Below the pieces are notes generated by a model. The model had not been told where the DNA came from. It did no database searches and worked only from the letters and a program-made list of their open reading frames with translations. This document shows positions 1-12,627 of a stretch of 32,000 nucleotides of DNA, piece by piece. Origin of the DNA: Pseudomonas aeruginosa (lineage in GTDB: Bacteria > Pseudomonadota > Gammaproteobacteria > Pseudomonadales > Pseudomonadaceae); assembly GCF_001457615.1 (NCBI RefSeq), contig NZ_LN831024.1:3720001-3752000 (forward strand), written 5' to 3'. How positions within the stretch are numbered: the first letter of the stretch is position 1; every line of letters begins with the position of its first letter. The translations under genes were made by a program, and so were the position numbers.

Positions 1-511
1 GCTCGTCGGCCAGCACGGCATCGTCGACATGGGCCAGCAGCACGCGGGCGAAGATCAGGTGGCAATTGGGGTTCTCCGCCGGATACGGCTTGATCTCCGC
101 CACCTCGCACTCGAAGGCCACCGCCGCCGCGGCGATCCGCGGCGGCGCCACGCGTACGCTGGACACGGTAGGGATGCCGACCGTCTCGATCTCGCTCACG
201 CCATGGGGCAGCCAGGCGGAGGTGGCGTTCATGGTCTCTGCCTGGGCGGCGCCGACCAGGTGGATCACCAACTGCCCGGTGGCCTGGACGTTGCGCAGGG
301 TGTCCTTGAGGCTGCCGTCGTCGCGCAGGCTGACGTTGACCATCAGGGTCGGCGGCTCGTCGCTGATCACCTGGAAGAAGCTGAACGGGGCCAGGTTGCT
401 GGCGCCCTCGGCGGACAGGGTCGAGACCCAGGCAATCGGTCGCGGGGTGACGGTGGAAGCCAACCAGCGATAGGCCTCGGCGGGAGCGATGGTGGTGAAG
501 TCCAGTTGCAT
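1..511 (-). CDS. Flavin reductase-like / FMN-binding split-barrel domain protein (3' end truncated by window edge)
   Basis: Minus-strand frame from ATG at 511 is open to the window edge: MQLDFTTIAPAEAYRWLASTVTPRPIAWVSTLSAEGASNLAPFSFFQVISDEPPTLMVNVSLRDDGSLKDTLRN..., with the typical 'TPRPIAWVST...G..NLAPFSFF' signature. It is absent from the supplied ORF track, probably because it is partial. Confidence 0.88.
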   Translation of the reverse strand, partial: MQLDFTTIAPAEAYRWLASTVTPRPIAWVSTLSAEGASNLAPFSFFQVISDEPPTLMVNVSLRDDGSLKDTLRNVQATGQLVIHLVGAAQAETMNATSAWLPHGVSEIETVGIPTVSSVRVAPPRIAAAAVAFECEVAEIKPYPAENPNCHLIFARVLLAHVDDAVLADE

Positions 512-648
512 GGCGGTCTCGCGGAAATCGACGGAGGGGACGCCGATTATGCCGCAGCCCCGCAGCTCTCGCGACCGTCTGCGCCGAGGCCCTGCGCCAC
601 CTGGAAGCAGCGGCTAGACTTGCCCTACCCTCACCCAGGAGCCCTGCC

Positions 649-996
649 ATGAACTATCGAGGAAGCTGCCACTGCGGAACCATCGCCTACGAAGTCGAAG
701 GCGACCTCGACCAGGTGATCCAGTGCAACTGTTCACTGTGCAGCCGGCGCGGCTGGCTGCTGTGGTTCGTCCCGCGCGACCGTCTGGCGCTGAAGACGCC
801 GGCCAGCGCGATGCACACCTACACCTTCAACACCCATCGCCTGCAGCATCACTTCTGCCCCACCTGCGGCTGCGCGCCGTTCAGCGAAGGCATAGGCCCG
901 GACGGCCAGGCGATGGCCGCGGTCAACGCGCGCTGCCTGGAGGACATCGACGCCAGCGCGCTCCCGGTACAGCACTACGATGGCCGCAACGCCTGA
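649..996 (+). CDS. GFA-family (glutathione-dependent formaldehyde-activating enzyme-like) zinc-binding protein
   Basis: 115 aa with [24 protein letters not shown] and [10 protein letters not shown] cysteine motifs. Confidence 0.9.
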
Positions 997-2084
997 CGCT
1001 GGCGCAGGTAGCCGATCACCTCGGCCTGGTTGCCGCGGAACTCGACGCGGTCTTCCTTGCTCTGCCGCTGGAAGGCGTACATCGGGTCGTAGTACTCCTT
1101 GAGCAGCCCCTCGATCCAGCCGCGATGGGTATCCACCGAGCCGTCGCGGCCCTGCTCTTCCAGCGCCTGCACGAGGATCGCCGCCAGCCGCTGGTAGCGC
1201 TCGCCGCCGAGGCGCTTGACGATGCCGGCGAGGCTCTTCTGCAGGTAGGCGGAGAAGGCGGCGAAGCCCTCCTCCACGCCCACCACACGCTCGAACTCGC
1301 TGCGCAGGTCGATCACGTAGTCCCTGAGGATACGCTCGACACGCTGCTCGAAGGCATCCTCCAGCCAGACCAGCGGGTAGCCCTGCATGCCCTGGTACAG
1401 CTCCAGCGGCAAGGAGCAGCTGCCGACGATCCGCCCCTCGTCCTCGAGGACGAACTGGCCGACGCCACGATGACGCTTCTTCAGGATGTCGATGGCCAGG
1501 CGGTTCTCGAAGTCGATCTGCGCCGGCTGCGGCGTGGCTCGCCGGCCAAAGCTGGAGCCGCGGTGGTTGGCGTGGCCTTCGAGATCGAGGCTGTTGTCCA
1601 GCGCCGCGATCACCTCGGTCTTGCCGCAACCGGTGAGGCCGCCGACCAGCACGAAATCGCACTCGTCGACCGCCGCGCGGGTGGTTTCGAAAAGGAAGTT
1701 GCGCAACGCCTTGTAGCCGCCGATCACCCGTGGGTAGTCGATGCCGGCGTCCTGCTTCAGCCACTGCTGGACGATCTGCGAGCGCAGGCCGCCGCGGAAG
1801 CAATACAGGTAGCCGTTCGGGTTGGCTTCGGCGAAGGCTTTCCAGGCCGCCAGCCGTTCGGCCTTGAGCGCCCCGCAGACCAGTTCGTGGCCAAGGGCGA
1901 TGGCGGCCTGCTGGCCGTGCTGCTTGTAGCTGGTGCCGACCTTCTGCCGCTCGATGTCGTTCATCAGCGGCCGGTTGACAGTGTTGGGAAAGGCGCCCTT
2001 GTGGTACTCCACCGGGGCGCGCACATCCATCAGGGGGATATCGTCGAGAAACAGTTCGCGGTAGTGCTGGGTGTTGTCGCGCAT
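975..2084 (-). CDS. selU: tRNA 2-selenouridine synthase (rhodanese domain plus P-loop)
   Basis: Starts [43 protein letters not shown]; [10 protein letters not shown] rhodanese Cys loop; [12 protein letters not shown]-loop. ATG at 2084 overlaps the selD stop. The longer ORF in the track (975..2504) is an upstream extension into selD. Confidence 0.95.
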
Positions 2085-3118
2085 TACAGCACCTGTACCG
2101 CGAGACTCTGTCGCTCGACCAGCTCGCCGATCGGCGCCAGTTGCAGGCCGAGTTCCGCCGCCACGGCGAGGAACTCCGCCTCGCCTTCCGGAGCCACCGC
2201 CACCAGCAGGCCGCCGCTGGTCTGCGGATCGCAAAGCAACAGCTTCTGCACTTCCGGCAGTGGCGCGATGCGCTCGCCATAGCTGTCGAAGTTGCGCAGT
2301 GTGCCGCCAGGCACGCAGCCCTGCTCCAGGTAATATTCGGCACTGGCCAGGCGCGGTACCGCGGCGTACTCCACGCGTGCGGTGAGCTTGCTGCCGTCGG
2401 CCATTTCCACCAGGTGGCCGAGCAGGCCGAAACCGGTGACGTCGGTCATCGCCTTGACCCCCGCCAACCGGCCGAAGCGCGCGCCGGGCCTGTTCAGGGT
2501 GCACATCCAGTCACGCGCCACGCCGACGTCCTCGGCGCGCAGCCTGGCCTTCTTCTCGGCAGTGGTGAGGATGCCGATGCCCAGCGGCTTGGTCAGGTAC
2601 AGCCTGCAGCCGGCCTCGGCGGTGTCGTTGCGTTTCATGAAGCGCTTCTCCACCACGCCGGTCACGGCCAGGCCGAAGATCGGCTCGGGGGCGTCGATGG
2701 AGTGTCCGCCGGCCAGCGGGATGCCGGCTTCCTCGCAGACCTTGCGGCCGCCGGCGATCACCTCGCGGGCGACTTCCGCGGCCAGCACGTTGACCGGCCA
2801 GCCGAGGATGGCGATGGCCATCAGCGGGTCGCCGCCCATGGCGTAGATATCGCTGATGGCGTTGGTCGCGGCGATACGGCCGAAGTCGAAGGGGTCGTCG
2901 ACGATCGGCATGAAGAAATCGGTGGTGGAGACCACCCCGCGCTCCTCGTCGAGGGCGTAGACAGCCGCGTCGTCGCGCGAGGCGTTGCCGACCCAGAGCT
3001 TCGGATCGAGGTTCTGCGCGCCGCTGCCGGCGAGGATCACCTCCAGTACCTTGGGCGAAATCTTGCAGCCGCAGCCGGCGCCGTGGCTGTACTGGGTCAG
3101 GCGGATCGCCTCGCTCAT
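2084..3118 (-). CDS. selD: Selenophosphate synthase (selenide, water dikinase), Cys form
   Basis: 344 aa; [14 protein letters not shown] active site with Cys rather than Sec; [10 protein letters not shown]; [18 protein letters not shown]; [11 protein letters not shown]. Confidence 0.97.
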
Positions 3119-3201
3119 CGGTGTACTCCCGTGGATGTCGGAAAAGTGCCCATTCTAGCAAAGCCGGCGCCGCCGCCAGAGGACCGATCGCCGCGCCCGG
3201 C

Positions 3202-3480
3202 TCAGCGCCCGGCGCGCGACTCGCGGATATAGAAGCGCGCCTTCTCGGCCTTGCTGGTGCAGCCCTCGTAGGCCTCGAACTGCTGCTGGGTCTTGGCCCC
3301 GGTGAGCAGGGTCAGGGCCTTCGAGTAGCTGACGGTGCCGGCGAAACCTTCGGCCTTGGCCAGGTCGAGTTCCTTCCAGGCCGCGTCCAACTGGTCGGCG
3401 CAGTTCTCCCGGTAGGCGGTCTTGCCGGCGCAGCCGGCCAGGGTCAGGGCAAGGACGGGCAGAACGATCCAGGTTTTCAT
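3202..3480 (-). CDS. Small putative lipoprotein of unknown function
   Basis: 92 aa, MKTWIVLPVLALTLAGCAGK with LAGC lipobox; four Cys in total; stop at 3202. Confidence 0.8.
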   Translation of the reverse strand: MKTWIVLPVLALTLAGCAGKTAYRENCADQLDAAWKELDLAKAEGFAGTVSYSKALTLLTGAKTQQQFEAYEGCTSKAEKARFYIRESRAGR

Positions 3481-3594
3481 CGAACGATCTCCGGACAGGG
3501 AAAGGGCCGCGCATCGCCGCGACGCACTTGGCGGCGGCCGGGCGACACGCGTATCGTTTTCGCTTCGTCACGCAGTATTGGCAAGGGGTTGCAG

Positions 3595-4632
3595 ATGAGC
3601 AAACAGGTCGCCCTGGTATTGGGCTCCGGCGGTGCGCGCGGCTACGCGCACATCGGCGTGATCGAGGAACTCGAGGCACGCGGCTATGAGATCACCTGCA
3701 TCGCCGGTTGTTCCATGGGCTCGGTGATCGGCGGCATCTACGCCGCCGGCAAGCTGCGCGAGTACCGCGAGTGGGTGGAAAGCCTGGATTACCTCGACGT
3801 GCTGCGCCTGCTCGACGTCAGCTTCCGCCTCGGCGCGATCCGCGGCGAGCGGGTGTTCGGCAAGATCCACGAGATCCTCGGCGAGGTAAACATCGAGGAC
3901 CTGTCGATTCCCTACACGGCGGTTGCCACCGACCTCACCAACCAGCAGGAAATCTGGTTCCAGGAAGGCTGCCTGCACCAGGCCATGCGCGCCTCGGCGG
4001 CAATCCCCAGCCTGTTCACACCGGTCATGCAGGGCAGCCGCATGCTGGTCGACGGCGGCCTGCTCAACCCGTTGCCGATCGTGCCGGTGGTGTCGGCCCA
4101 CAGCGACCTGATCATCGCGGTCAACCTCAACGCCACCAACCAGAAGCAGTACCACCTGCCGGTGATCGAGCGTCCGGCCGCGCTCAAGGGGCGCTTCGAC
4201 AGCATGATCGAGAGCCTCGGCCACAAACTCTCGTTCTTCCGCCGCCACGGCGACGACAATACCCCGCCGGAGCTGAGCGCCGACGCCCTGCTCCATCCGG
4301 TTCCGGCGGAATCCGAGGAGCCCGCCGAGCCGCAACTGCAACAGCCGGCCGCGGCGCCGCAAGGCAAGGACTCGCCGAAGTCGGCCAGCGGCACCACGGT
4401 GGTGGAAAGCAGCGGTCCGGCATCGCTGCTGGAACTGGTCAACCAGAGCTTCGAGGTGATGCAGACCTCGCTGGCGCAGTACAAGATCGCCGGCTACCCG
4501 CCGGACATCCTGATCAACGTGCCGAAGCGGGTCTGCCGCTTCTTCGAGTTCTACAAGGCGCCGGAATTGATCGCCCTCGGCCGGCAGATCGCCAGCGACA
4601 CCCTGGACCGCTACGAGGAAGACAACGCCTGA
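3595..4632 (+). CDS. Patatin-like phospholipase (RssA/NTE-like)
   Basis: MSKQVALVLGSGGARGYAHIGVIEELEARG...GCSMGSVIGG (GXSXG) and DGGLLNPLP (catalytic DGG). ATG at 3595 is preferred over the long N-terminal extension in the ORF track. Confidence 0.93.
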   Translation: MSKQVALVLGSGGARGYAHIGVIEELEARGYEITCIAGCSMGSVIGGIYAAGKLREYREWVESLDYLDVLRLLDVSFRLGAIRGERVFGKIHEILGEVNIEDLSIPYTAVATDLTNQQEIWFQEGCLHQAMRASAAIPSLFTPVMQGSRMLVDGGLLNPLPIVPVVSAHSDLIIAVNLNATNQKQYHLPVIERPAALKGRFDSMIESLGHKLSFFRRHGDDNTPPELSADALLHPVPAESEEPAEPQLQQPAAAPQGKDSPKSASGTTVVESSGPASLLELVNQSFEVMQTSLAQYKIAGYPPDILINVPKRVCRFFEFYKAPELIALGRQIASDTLDRYEEDNA

Positions 4633-4635
4633 GCC

Positions 4636-5241
4636 TCAGCGGCTGAACTCGAGGACCTCGTAGCCGCCGCGCCGTTCCGGGAACAGCAGGAGGAAGCCAC
4701 CGGCGTGCGGGCGCAGCAGCGCGACCACGTCGGACTCAGCCGGCGCGCCGTGGGCCAGGCCACTGAAGGCCACCTGGGGCTCGTCGTTGACCGTGGCGCC
4801 GCCGAGGAACACGTAGCGCTGCGTGCCTTCGCGGAACAGGTAGCCGCTGACCCGCTGCGAACCGCTGGTCTTCTCCAGGAACAGGCCGCGGTCGGTACGC
4901 CGGATGCGGCACTGGAAGTTCGGATAGCGATAGATGCCGTACTGGTCGGCCTGGGTCGAGCGGCACTTCCAGTCGCCCAGCAGGCCTTTCTCGTCGACGG
5001 CGACGACGGGCTGCGCCAGGCTGAGTTCCAGTTGCTCCAGTTCCGGCAGGAATTCCTCGAAGGCACTGTCGTAGTAGCGCTTGTTGATGGCCTCGGCGTC
5101 CTGCTCGACGGCCAGCACGCTGCGCTGCTGCTGTTCGCTGGTGTAGCCACGCCAGTCCGGTTCGGCGGCGCCGGCATGCGCGCAGGCGGCGAGAACGGTG
5201 AGGCAGGCGAAGACACGGGAAACGGGGATCGGACGGGACAT
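4636..5241 (-). CDS. Secreted protein of unknown function
   Basis: 201 aa, MSRPIPVSRVFACLTVLAACAHAGAAEPDW signal peptide; ATG at 5241; DUF-like domain with conserved-looking GDWKCR...YPNFQCRI block. Confidence 0.78.
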   Translation of the reverse strand: MSRPIPVSRVFACLTVLAACAHAGAAEPDWRGYTSEQQQRSVLAVEQDAEAINKRYYDSAFEEFLPELEQLELSLAQPVVAVDEKGLLGDWKCRSTQADQYGIYRYPNFQCRIRRTDRGLFLEKTSGSQRVSGYLFREGTQRYVFLGGATVNDEPQVAFSGLAHGAPAESDVVALLRPHAGGFLLLFPERRGGYEVLEFSR

Positions 5242-5351
5242 GGCGACCTTCCTGGCGAGTGGACCGGCGCATCCGGCGCCGGCAAGCGGTAGCCGCAGAA
5301 CATAGCGCAGCGGCGCCGGGAATTCGAGCGCCGCCACGACGGGCGGCGGTT

Positions 5352-6260
5352 TCAGAAGATCGACCAGCCGATCCGCTCGCTGAGTTTCTCCAGCGCGGCG
5401 ATACCCGCCAGCGAATTGCCCGCGGCGTTCAGTTCCGGCGACCAGACACAGACCGTGAAGCGCCCCGGCACTACCGCGATGATGCCGCCGCCGACACCGC
5501 TCTTGCCTGGCAGGCCGACCCGATAGGCAAAGTTGCCGGCCTCGTCGTAGAGCCCGCTGGTGGCCATGATCGCGTTGACCTGCTTGGTCTGCCGCTCGTT
5601 GAGTACCTGCTCGCCGCTGTGCTTGCAGAAGCCCTTGTCGGCGAGGAAGCAGAACGCCCGCGCCAGGTCGACGCAGCTCATGCGCAGCGCGCAATGATGG
5701 AAATAGCTGAGCAGCACCGCCTCGACGTCGTTGTGGAAGTTACCGAACGATTTCATCAGGTAGGCCGCCGCCGCGTTGCGCGAGCGGTGCTGGTACTCCG
5801 AGCGCGCCACCACCGAGTCCGACACCACTTCCGGGTTGCCGCACAGGCGCCGGACGAAATCGCGCATCGATTGCGCCGGCGCGGCGAAACGCGACTGGTT
5901 GATGTCGCAGATCACCAGGGCGCCGGCATTGATGAACGGGTTGCGCGGCTTGCCGCGCTCGAACTCCAGCTGCACCAGGGAGTTGAAAGGCTGGCCGGAG
6001 GGCTCGTGGCCGAGGCGTTGCCAGATGTCCTCGCCGGAATGCTGGATCGCCTGGACCAGGCTGAACACCTTGGAAATGCTCTGGATGGAAAACGGCCGCA
6101 GGGCGTCGCCGGCATGGAACAGCTCGCCGTCGCGGCTGTACACGGCGATCCCCAGTTGGTTCGGCTCGACGCCGGCGAGCGCGGGAATGTAGTCGGCGAC
6201 CTTGCCGCGCCCGATCAGCGGGCGGACTTCATCGAGAATCTCGTTCAACAGTTGCTGCAT
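5352..6260 (-). CDS. glsA: Glutaminase (beta-lactamase-fold family)
   Basis: 302 aa from ATG 6260: [34 protein letters not shown] (SxxK), [35 protein letters not shown]. Confidence 0.95.
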   Translation of the reverse strand: MQQLLNEILDEVRPLIGRGKVADYIPALAGVEPNQLGIAVYSRDGELFHAGDALRPFSIQSISKVFSLVQAIQHSGEDIWQRLGHEPSGQPFNSLVQLEFERGKPRNPFINAGALVICDINQSRFAAPAQSMRDFVRRLCGNPEVVSDSVVARSEYQHRSRNAAAAYLMKSFGNFHNDVEAVLLSYFHHCALRMSCVDLARAFCFLADKGFCKHSGEQVLNERQTKQVNAIMATSGLYDEAGNFAYRVGLPGKSGVGGGIIAVVPGRFTVCVWSPELNAAGNSLAGIAALEKLSERIGWSIF

Positions 6261-6380
6261 GATGACCTTCGTCGTGACACCGGGGCGCCGACCCGGCGCA
6301 TCCGGGCCAGCGCGAATGCGCGGCATCATAGGCGATGAACGCGCGGGAGGCATGCCCCTCGCGCAGAATTGCGCTGCGCG

Positions 6381-7073
6381 TCAGCTGTCGCGCAGGCGAT
6401 AGCCGACGCCCGCCTCGGTCACCAGGAAGCGCGGGCTGGCCGGATCGTCGCCGAGTTTCTGCCGCAGGTGGCCGACCACGACCCGCAGGTAATGGGTGTC
6501 TTCGACATGGGTCGGACCCCAGATATCCTTGAGCAGTTGCTGCTGGGTCACTACCCGTCCGAGATGGCGTGCCAGCGCGGCGAGCACTGCATACTCCTTG
6601 CGCGTCAGCGCCACTTCCGCACCCTCCAGGGTGACTCGGCGATAGGCGAAGTCCACCTGCAACGGGCCGACCGCCACCGACGCCTCCGGGCTTTCGCCCT
6701 GCGCCGCCTGGCGCAGCAGGACGCGCACGCGGGCGAGGAACTCCTGGATGCCGAACGGCTTGGTCACGTAGTCGTTGGCGCCGCCGTCCAGGGCCAGTAC
6801 CTTCTCGCCCTCGCTGGCGCGCACCGACAGCACCAGCACCGGCACCTGCGACCATTCGCGCAGGTCGCGAAGGATGTCCTGGCCGTCGCGGTCCGGCAGG
6901 CCGAGGTCGAGCACCACCAGGTCCGGTCGGTTCAGCGCGGCCTGGGCCAGCCCCTCTTCGCCGGTGCCGGCCTCGAGCACCCGGTAGCCCTGGGCATTGA
7001 GACTGATACGGAGGAACTTGCGGATCTGCGGTTCGTCGTCGATCAGCAGGATGCTGTTCTGCAATTGGGTCAT
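6381..7073 (-). CDS. kdpE: KDP operon response regulator (OmpR/PhoB family)
   Basis: MTQLQNSILLIDDEPQIRKFLRISL..., DLVVLDLGLPDRDG, KPF, C-terminal winged helix LTRKEYAVLAALARHLGRVVTQQQLLKDIWG. Adjacent to kdpD. Confidence 0.96.
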   Translation of the reverse strand: MTQLQNSILLIDDEPQIRKFLRISLNAQGYRVLEAGTGEEGLAQAALNRPDLVVLDLGLPDRDGQDILRDLREWSQVPVLVLSVRASEGEKVLALDGGANDYVTKPFGIQEFLARVRVLLRQAAQGESPEASVAVGPLQVDFAYRRVTLEGAEVALTRKEYAVLAALARHLGRVVTQQQLLKDIWGPTHVEDTHYLRVVVGHLRQKLGDDPASPRFLVTEAGVGYRLRDS

Positions 7074-7173
7074 GGCACTCGGCACGGCAGGTGAACACGG
7101 CGACAGGCCAGCGGCGGCGTCGCGGAAACGGCAGGAATAGCGCGAGCGCGGGCGCCAGGCAAGTGCGCCGGGC

Positions 7174-9831
7174 TCATTCGTCGCCCTCCAGTTGCCCGAG
7201 GTCCGGCTGCGGATGCAGCGGCAGGTGCAGGACCAGCGTGGTGCCGCGACCGTCGAGGCCTTCGCCGACGCTGATGCGCCCGCCGTGGGCGCCGATCATG
7301 CCCTGGCAGATCGCCAGGCCCAGGCCGGTGCCTTGGCCACCGCGGTCGCCACGGGCAGCGGTGTAGAACATGTCGAAGATCTTCTCCCGCTCGGCCTCGG
7401 GAATCCCCGGCCCCTCGTCGCTCACCGCGAAACGCAGCTCGGCGGCATCCTGGCTGACCTCGATGCGCAACCGGCCGTGGTTCGGCGAGAAGCGCGCGGC
7501 ATTTTCCAGCACGTTGATCAGCGCCTGCTCGATCAGCGCCGCATGCACGTAGAGCAACGGCAGGTCGTTGGCCACGATCGCCTGCACCCGGTACGGCGCC
7601 AGCACCGCGCGCAGGCGGTTCAGCGCGCTGCCGACGATGTCGCCCGGCGCCACCCAGTCGCGCGCCAGCTTCAGGCCACCGTGGCCGAGACGGGTCATGT
7701 CGAGCAGGTTCTGGATATAGCGGTCCAGTCGCTCGGCCTCGTCGCGGGTGCTTTCCAGCAGTTCGCGACGATCCGCCGGCGGGATCGCCTCGCCCAGCGC
7801 CAACAGGCTGTCGATGGAGCCGCGCATGGCCGTCAGCGGCGTGCGCAGGTCGTGGGAGACCGAGGCGAGCAAGGCGCTGCGCAGTTGCTCGGTCTCGCCG
7901 TGCAGGCGCGCGGCCTCCAGGTCCTCGGCCAGGCGAGCCCGCGCCAGGGCCTGGGCCAGAGGCTGGCCGAGGGCGGCGAGCAGGCGCCGGCGCTGCGGGC
8001 TCAGCGGCTGGCCGTCCAGCGGCGCGACACCGAGCAGTGCCAGCGGTCCCTCTTCCGCCGACAGCGGCCACCACCACCAGCGTCCTCCGGGCAGCGTGCC
8101 AGTACCGAGGCCGGCCGGCTGGTCGTGGGCCCAGGCCCAGTCCGCGGCGACCCGTTCCTGGTCGGCGAGTTGCCGCTGCACGCCGGCCTCGGTCTTCCAC
8201 TCGCCATTGACCTGACCGAGCAGGCAGACCTCGTCGTCCTTCCAGTCGTCGAACTGCTGGGCGGCGGCGGCCAGCACCGCCTGGCGGTCGGTGGCGGCGG
8301 TGAGCTTGCGCGACAGCTCCAGCAGCAGGCTGGTTTCCTCCTGGGTATCGCGCAGCGCCTCCAGCTGGCGCCGCTGGCGTGCCGCCAGGTTGCCGGTGAG
8401 GCCGGCCATGAACAGGAAGAACGCCAGGCTCAGCAGGTCTTCGTGGCGATGGATGGCGAAGGAAAAATGCGGCGGGATGAACAGGAAGTCATAGGCCAGG
8501 AACGACGCCACCGCGCACAGCAGTGCCGGCATCAGGCTGCTGCGCACTGCCACCAGCAGCACCGCCATCAGGAACACCAGGGAGATGTTCGGCAGCTCCA
8601 GCAGGTGCGCCACGATCCAGGCCAGGCCGCTGGCCAGGGCGGTCGCCAGCAGCGCCAGCAGATAGTCGTTCCACACCACCGGATAGCGTGGCCGCGGTTC
8701 CGCCGGGCGCAGGTCGGCCTCGCTGTCCAGGGCACTGATCTCCAGACCCTGGCCGTCGCGCAGCAGACGCCCGGCGAGACCACCGCCGAAGGCCCGGCGG
8801 TACCAGCGGCGCCGCGACTGGCCAACCAGGACCAGGCTGGCGCGGCGCTCGCGGGCATGTTGCAGGAGGGTCCGCGCCACCTCGCCGGCGCGCAGCACGA
8901 CGATCTCGCCGCCGAGCCGCTCGGCCAGTTGCTGCGCACCCTGCAGGCGCATCCGCGCCTGCTCGCCGCGCAAGCCGCCGGTATCGACGTGTACCACGCT
9001 CCAGGGCAGGTGCCGACGTTCGGCGACCCGGCAGGCGTGGCGCACCAGGCGTTCGGCCTGTTCGTCACCGTCGATGCCCACCAGCAGCCGCCCGCGCAAC
9101 GCCGGCGCTTCCTCGCCGCGCTGGCGGTAGCGGTGGTTGAGGTCGGCGTCGACCCGCGCGGCGGCGGTCTGCATCGCCAGTTCACGCAGCGCGGTGAGGT
9201 TGGTCTGCGAGAAGAACGCATCGATCGCCGCCCGCGCCTGTTCCGGCACGTAGACCTTGCCCTCGCGCAGGCGCTCCAGCAGCTCGCGCGGCGGCAGGTC
9301 GATGAGGACGATCTCGTAGGCCTCCTGCAACACCCAGTCCGGCACCGTCTCGCGGACCTGCACGCCGGTGATGTCGCGGACCTGGTCGTTGAGGCTCTCC
9401 AGGTGCTGGACGTTGACCGTTGTGTAGACGTCGATTCCCGCCGCCAGCAACTCCTGGATGTCCTGCCAGCGCTTGGCGTGGCGGCTGCCGGGAACGTTGC
9501 TGTGGGCCAGTTCGTCGACCAGGGCCAGCGCCGGCGGGTCGGCAAGGAGACCGTCGAGGTCCATTTCCTGCAGTTTCATCCCTCGATACTCGAGGCTGCG
9601 CAGCGGCTGCTGCGGCACGCCTGCGAGGAGGGACTCGGTTTCCGCCCGCGAGTGGGTCTCGACCACCCCGGCGCGCAGTTTCACGCCCTGGCGCAACTGG
9701 GCCTGGGCGGCCTGCAGCATGGCGAAGGTCTTGCCCACCCCCGGCGCCGCGCCGAGAAAGACTTTCAGGCGGCCGCGCCCGTCAGCGGGCAGGTCGGCCA
9801 GCAGCGCGTCGGCGCGTGCGGTGTCGGTCAT
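7174..9831 (-). CDS. kdpD: Osmosensitive K+ channel histidine kinase KdpD
   Basis: 885 aa: GRLKVFLGAAPGVGKTFAML, DELAHSNVPGSRHAKRWQD, Usp-like domain, TM region, SVSHDLRTPLTAMRGS H-box, DEGPGIPEAEREKIFDMF. Confidence 0.98.
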   Translation of the reverse strand: MTDTARADALLADLPADGRGRLKVFLGAAPGVGKTFAMLQAAQAQLRQGVKLRAGVVETHSRAETESLLAGVPQQPLRSLEYRGMKLQEMDLDGLLADPPALALVDELAHSNVPGSRHAKRWQDIQELLAAGIDVYTTVNVQHLESLNDQVRDITGVQVRETVPDWVLQEAYEIVLIDLPPRELLERLREGKVYVPEQARAAIDAFFSQTNLTALRELAMQTAAARVDADLNHRYRQRGEEAPALRGRLLVGIDGDEQAERLVRHACRVAERRHLPWSVVHVDTGGLRGEQARMRLQGAQQLAERLGGEIVVLRAGEVARTLLQHARERRASLVLVGQSRRRWYRRAFGGGLAGRLLRDGQGLEISALDSEADLRPAEPRPRYPVVWNDYLLALLATALASGLAWIVAHLLELPNISLVFLMAVLLVAVRSSLMPALLCAVASFLAYDFLFIPPHFSFAIHRHEDLLSLAFFLFMAGLTGNLAARQRRQLEALRDTQEETSLLLELSRKLTAATDRQAVLAAAAQQFDDWKDDEVCLLGQVNGEWKTEAGVQRQLADQERVAADWAWAHDQPAGLGTGTLPGGRWWWWPLSAEEGPLALLGVAPLDGQPLSPQRRRLLAALGQPLAQALARARLAEDLEAARLHGETEQLRSALLASVSHDLRTPLTAMRGSIDSLLALGEAIPPADRRELLESTRDEAERLDRYIQNLLDMTRLGHGGLKLARDWVAPGDIVGSALNRLRAVLAPYRVQAIVANDLPLLYVHAALIEQALINVLENAARFSPNHGRLRIEVSQDAAELRFAVSDEGPGIPEAEREKIFDMFYTAARGDRGGQGTGLGLAICQGMIGAHGGRISVGEGLDGRGTTLVLHLPLHPQPDLGQLEGDE

Positions 9832-9938
9832 GGATCGGTCGTACTCCGTTGCTCTGCGCCGCGCAGGGCGGACGATCGCCGGCGATCATCCGCCGATGCG
9901 GCGATATTGCAAGCCCTTGCGTGGGTCTCTGGGGAAAC

Positions 9939-10490
9939 CTAGCGCTTCAACCCCGCCAGCGCCATGTTCAGCGCCAGCACGTTGACCACCGCCGGCCCCA
10001 CCAGCGGCCGCTCGGTGTGGCTTTCCACCAGGTCTTCCACCAGCCGCAGCGGCAGCCCGCGCGCCGTGGCCACCCGCAGCGCCTGGTAACGCGCGGCCTG
10101 CGGCGGCAGCTGCGGATCGAGTCCGCTACCGGAGGTAGTGACCAGCGCCAGCGGCACCGGCCCCTGGTCGGCGATACGCTCCTGGGCGGCGTCCCTGGCG
10201 ATGCGCTCGGCCAGTGCCGGGTTGCTCGGCGCCAGGTTGCTCGCGGCACTGGAAACGGTGGCGTAGTCGCCCGCCGAAGGCCGCGAATGGAACCACTCCT
10301 CGCCGTCGAACTTCTGCGCGATCAGCCGCGAGCCGAGCACCTTGCCCTCGGCGTCGCGCAGCAGGCTGCCATTGGCCTGCTCGGGGAACGCCAGTTGGGC
10401 GATACCGGTGACCAGCAGCGGATAGGCCACGCCGGTGACCATGCTGAGCACCAGCAGTGACGCCAGTGCCGGACGGAGTTGCTTGAACAT
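9939..10490 (-). CDS. kdpC: K+-transporting ATPase subunit C
   Basis: 183 aa: [40 protein letters not shown]-like block ([12 protein letters not shown]), [22 protein letters not shown]. Confidence 0.97.
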
Positions 10491-10543
10491 GTGCAGATCC
10501 TCTCTTCAGTCCCAGGCCCTCGCCCGACGGCGAGGGCCGTTGT

Positions 10544-12616
<2,073 letters not shown>

Positions 12617-12627
12617 GTGCGATTCCT

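Noticed and set aside
29-652. Plus-strand ORFs 29..652 and 66..473
   Set aside because: The minus frame from 511 encodes a clear flavin-reductase-like protein; these plus-strand ORFs have no domain-like features.
733-2343. 536-aa minus-strand and 519-aa plus-strand ORFs across the selU region
   Set aside because: They conflict with the selU and selD frames and give non-protein-like translations.
3121-3594. N-terminal extension of the patatin-like ORF in the track
   Set aside because: The first about 158 codons run antisense to the small lipoprotein gene; conserved sequence begins at MSKQVALVLGSGGARG (3595).
4627-4640. CTGAG-C-CTCAG as a shared terminator between the convergent patatin and secreted-protein genes
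   Set aside because: The 5-bp stem with 1-nt centre cannot form a viable terminator hairpin; it spans the two stop codons and is probably coincidental.
7192-9942. 916-aa plus-strand ORF opposite kdpD
   Set aside because: Lies entirely opposite unmistakable KdpD coding sequence; its composition (H/Q/R/A-rich, no domain-like motifs) is typical of a GC-driven shadow ORF.
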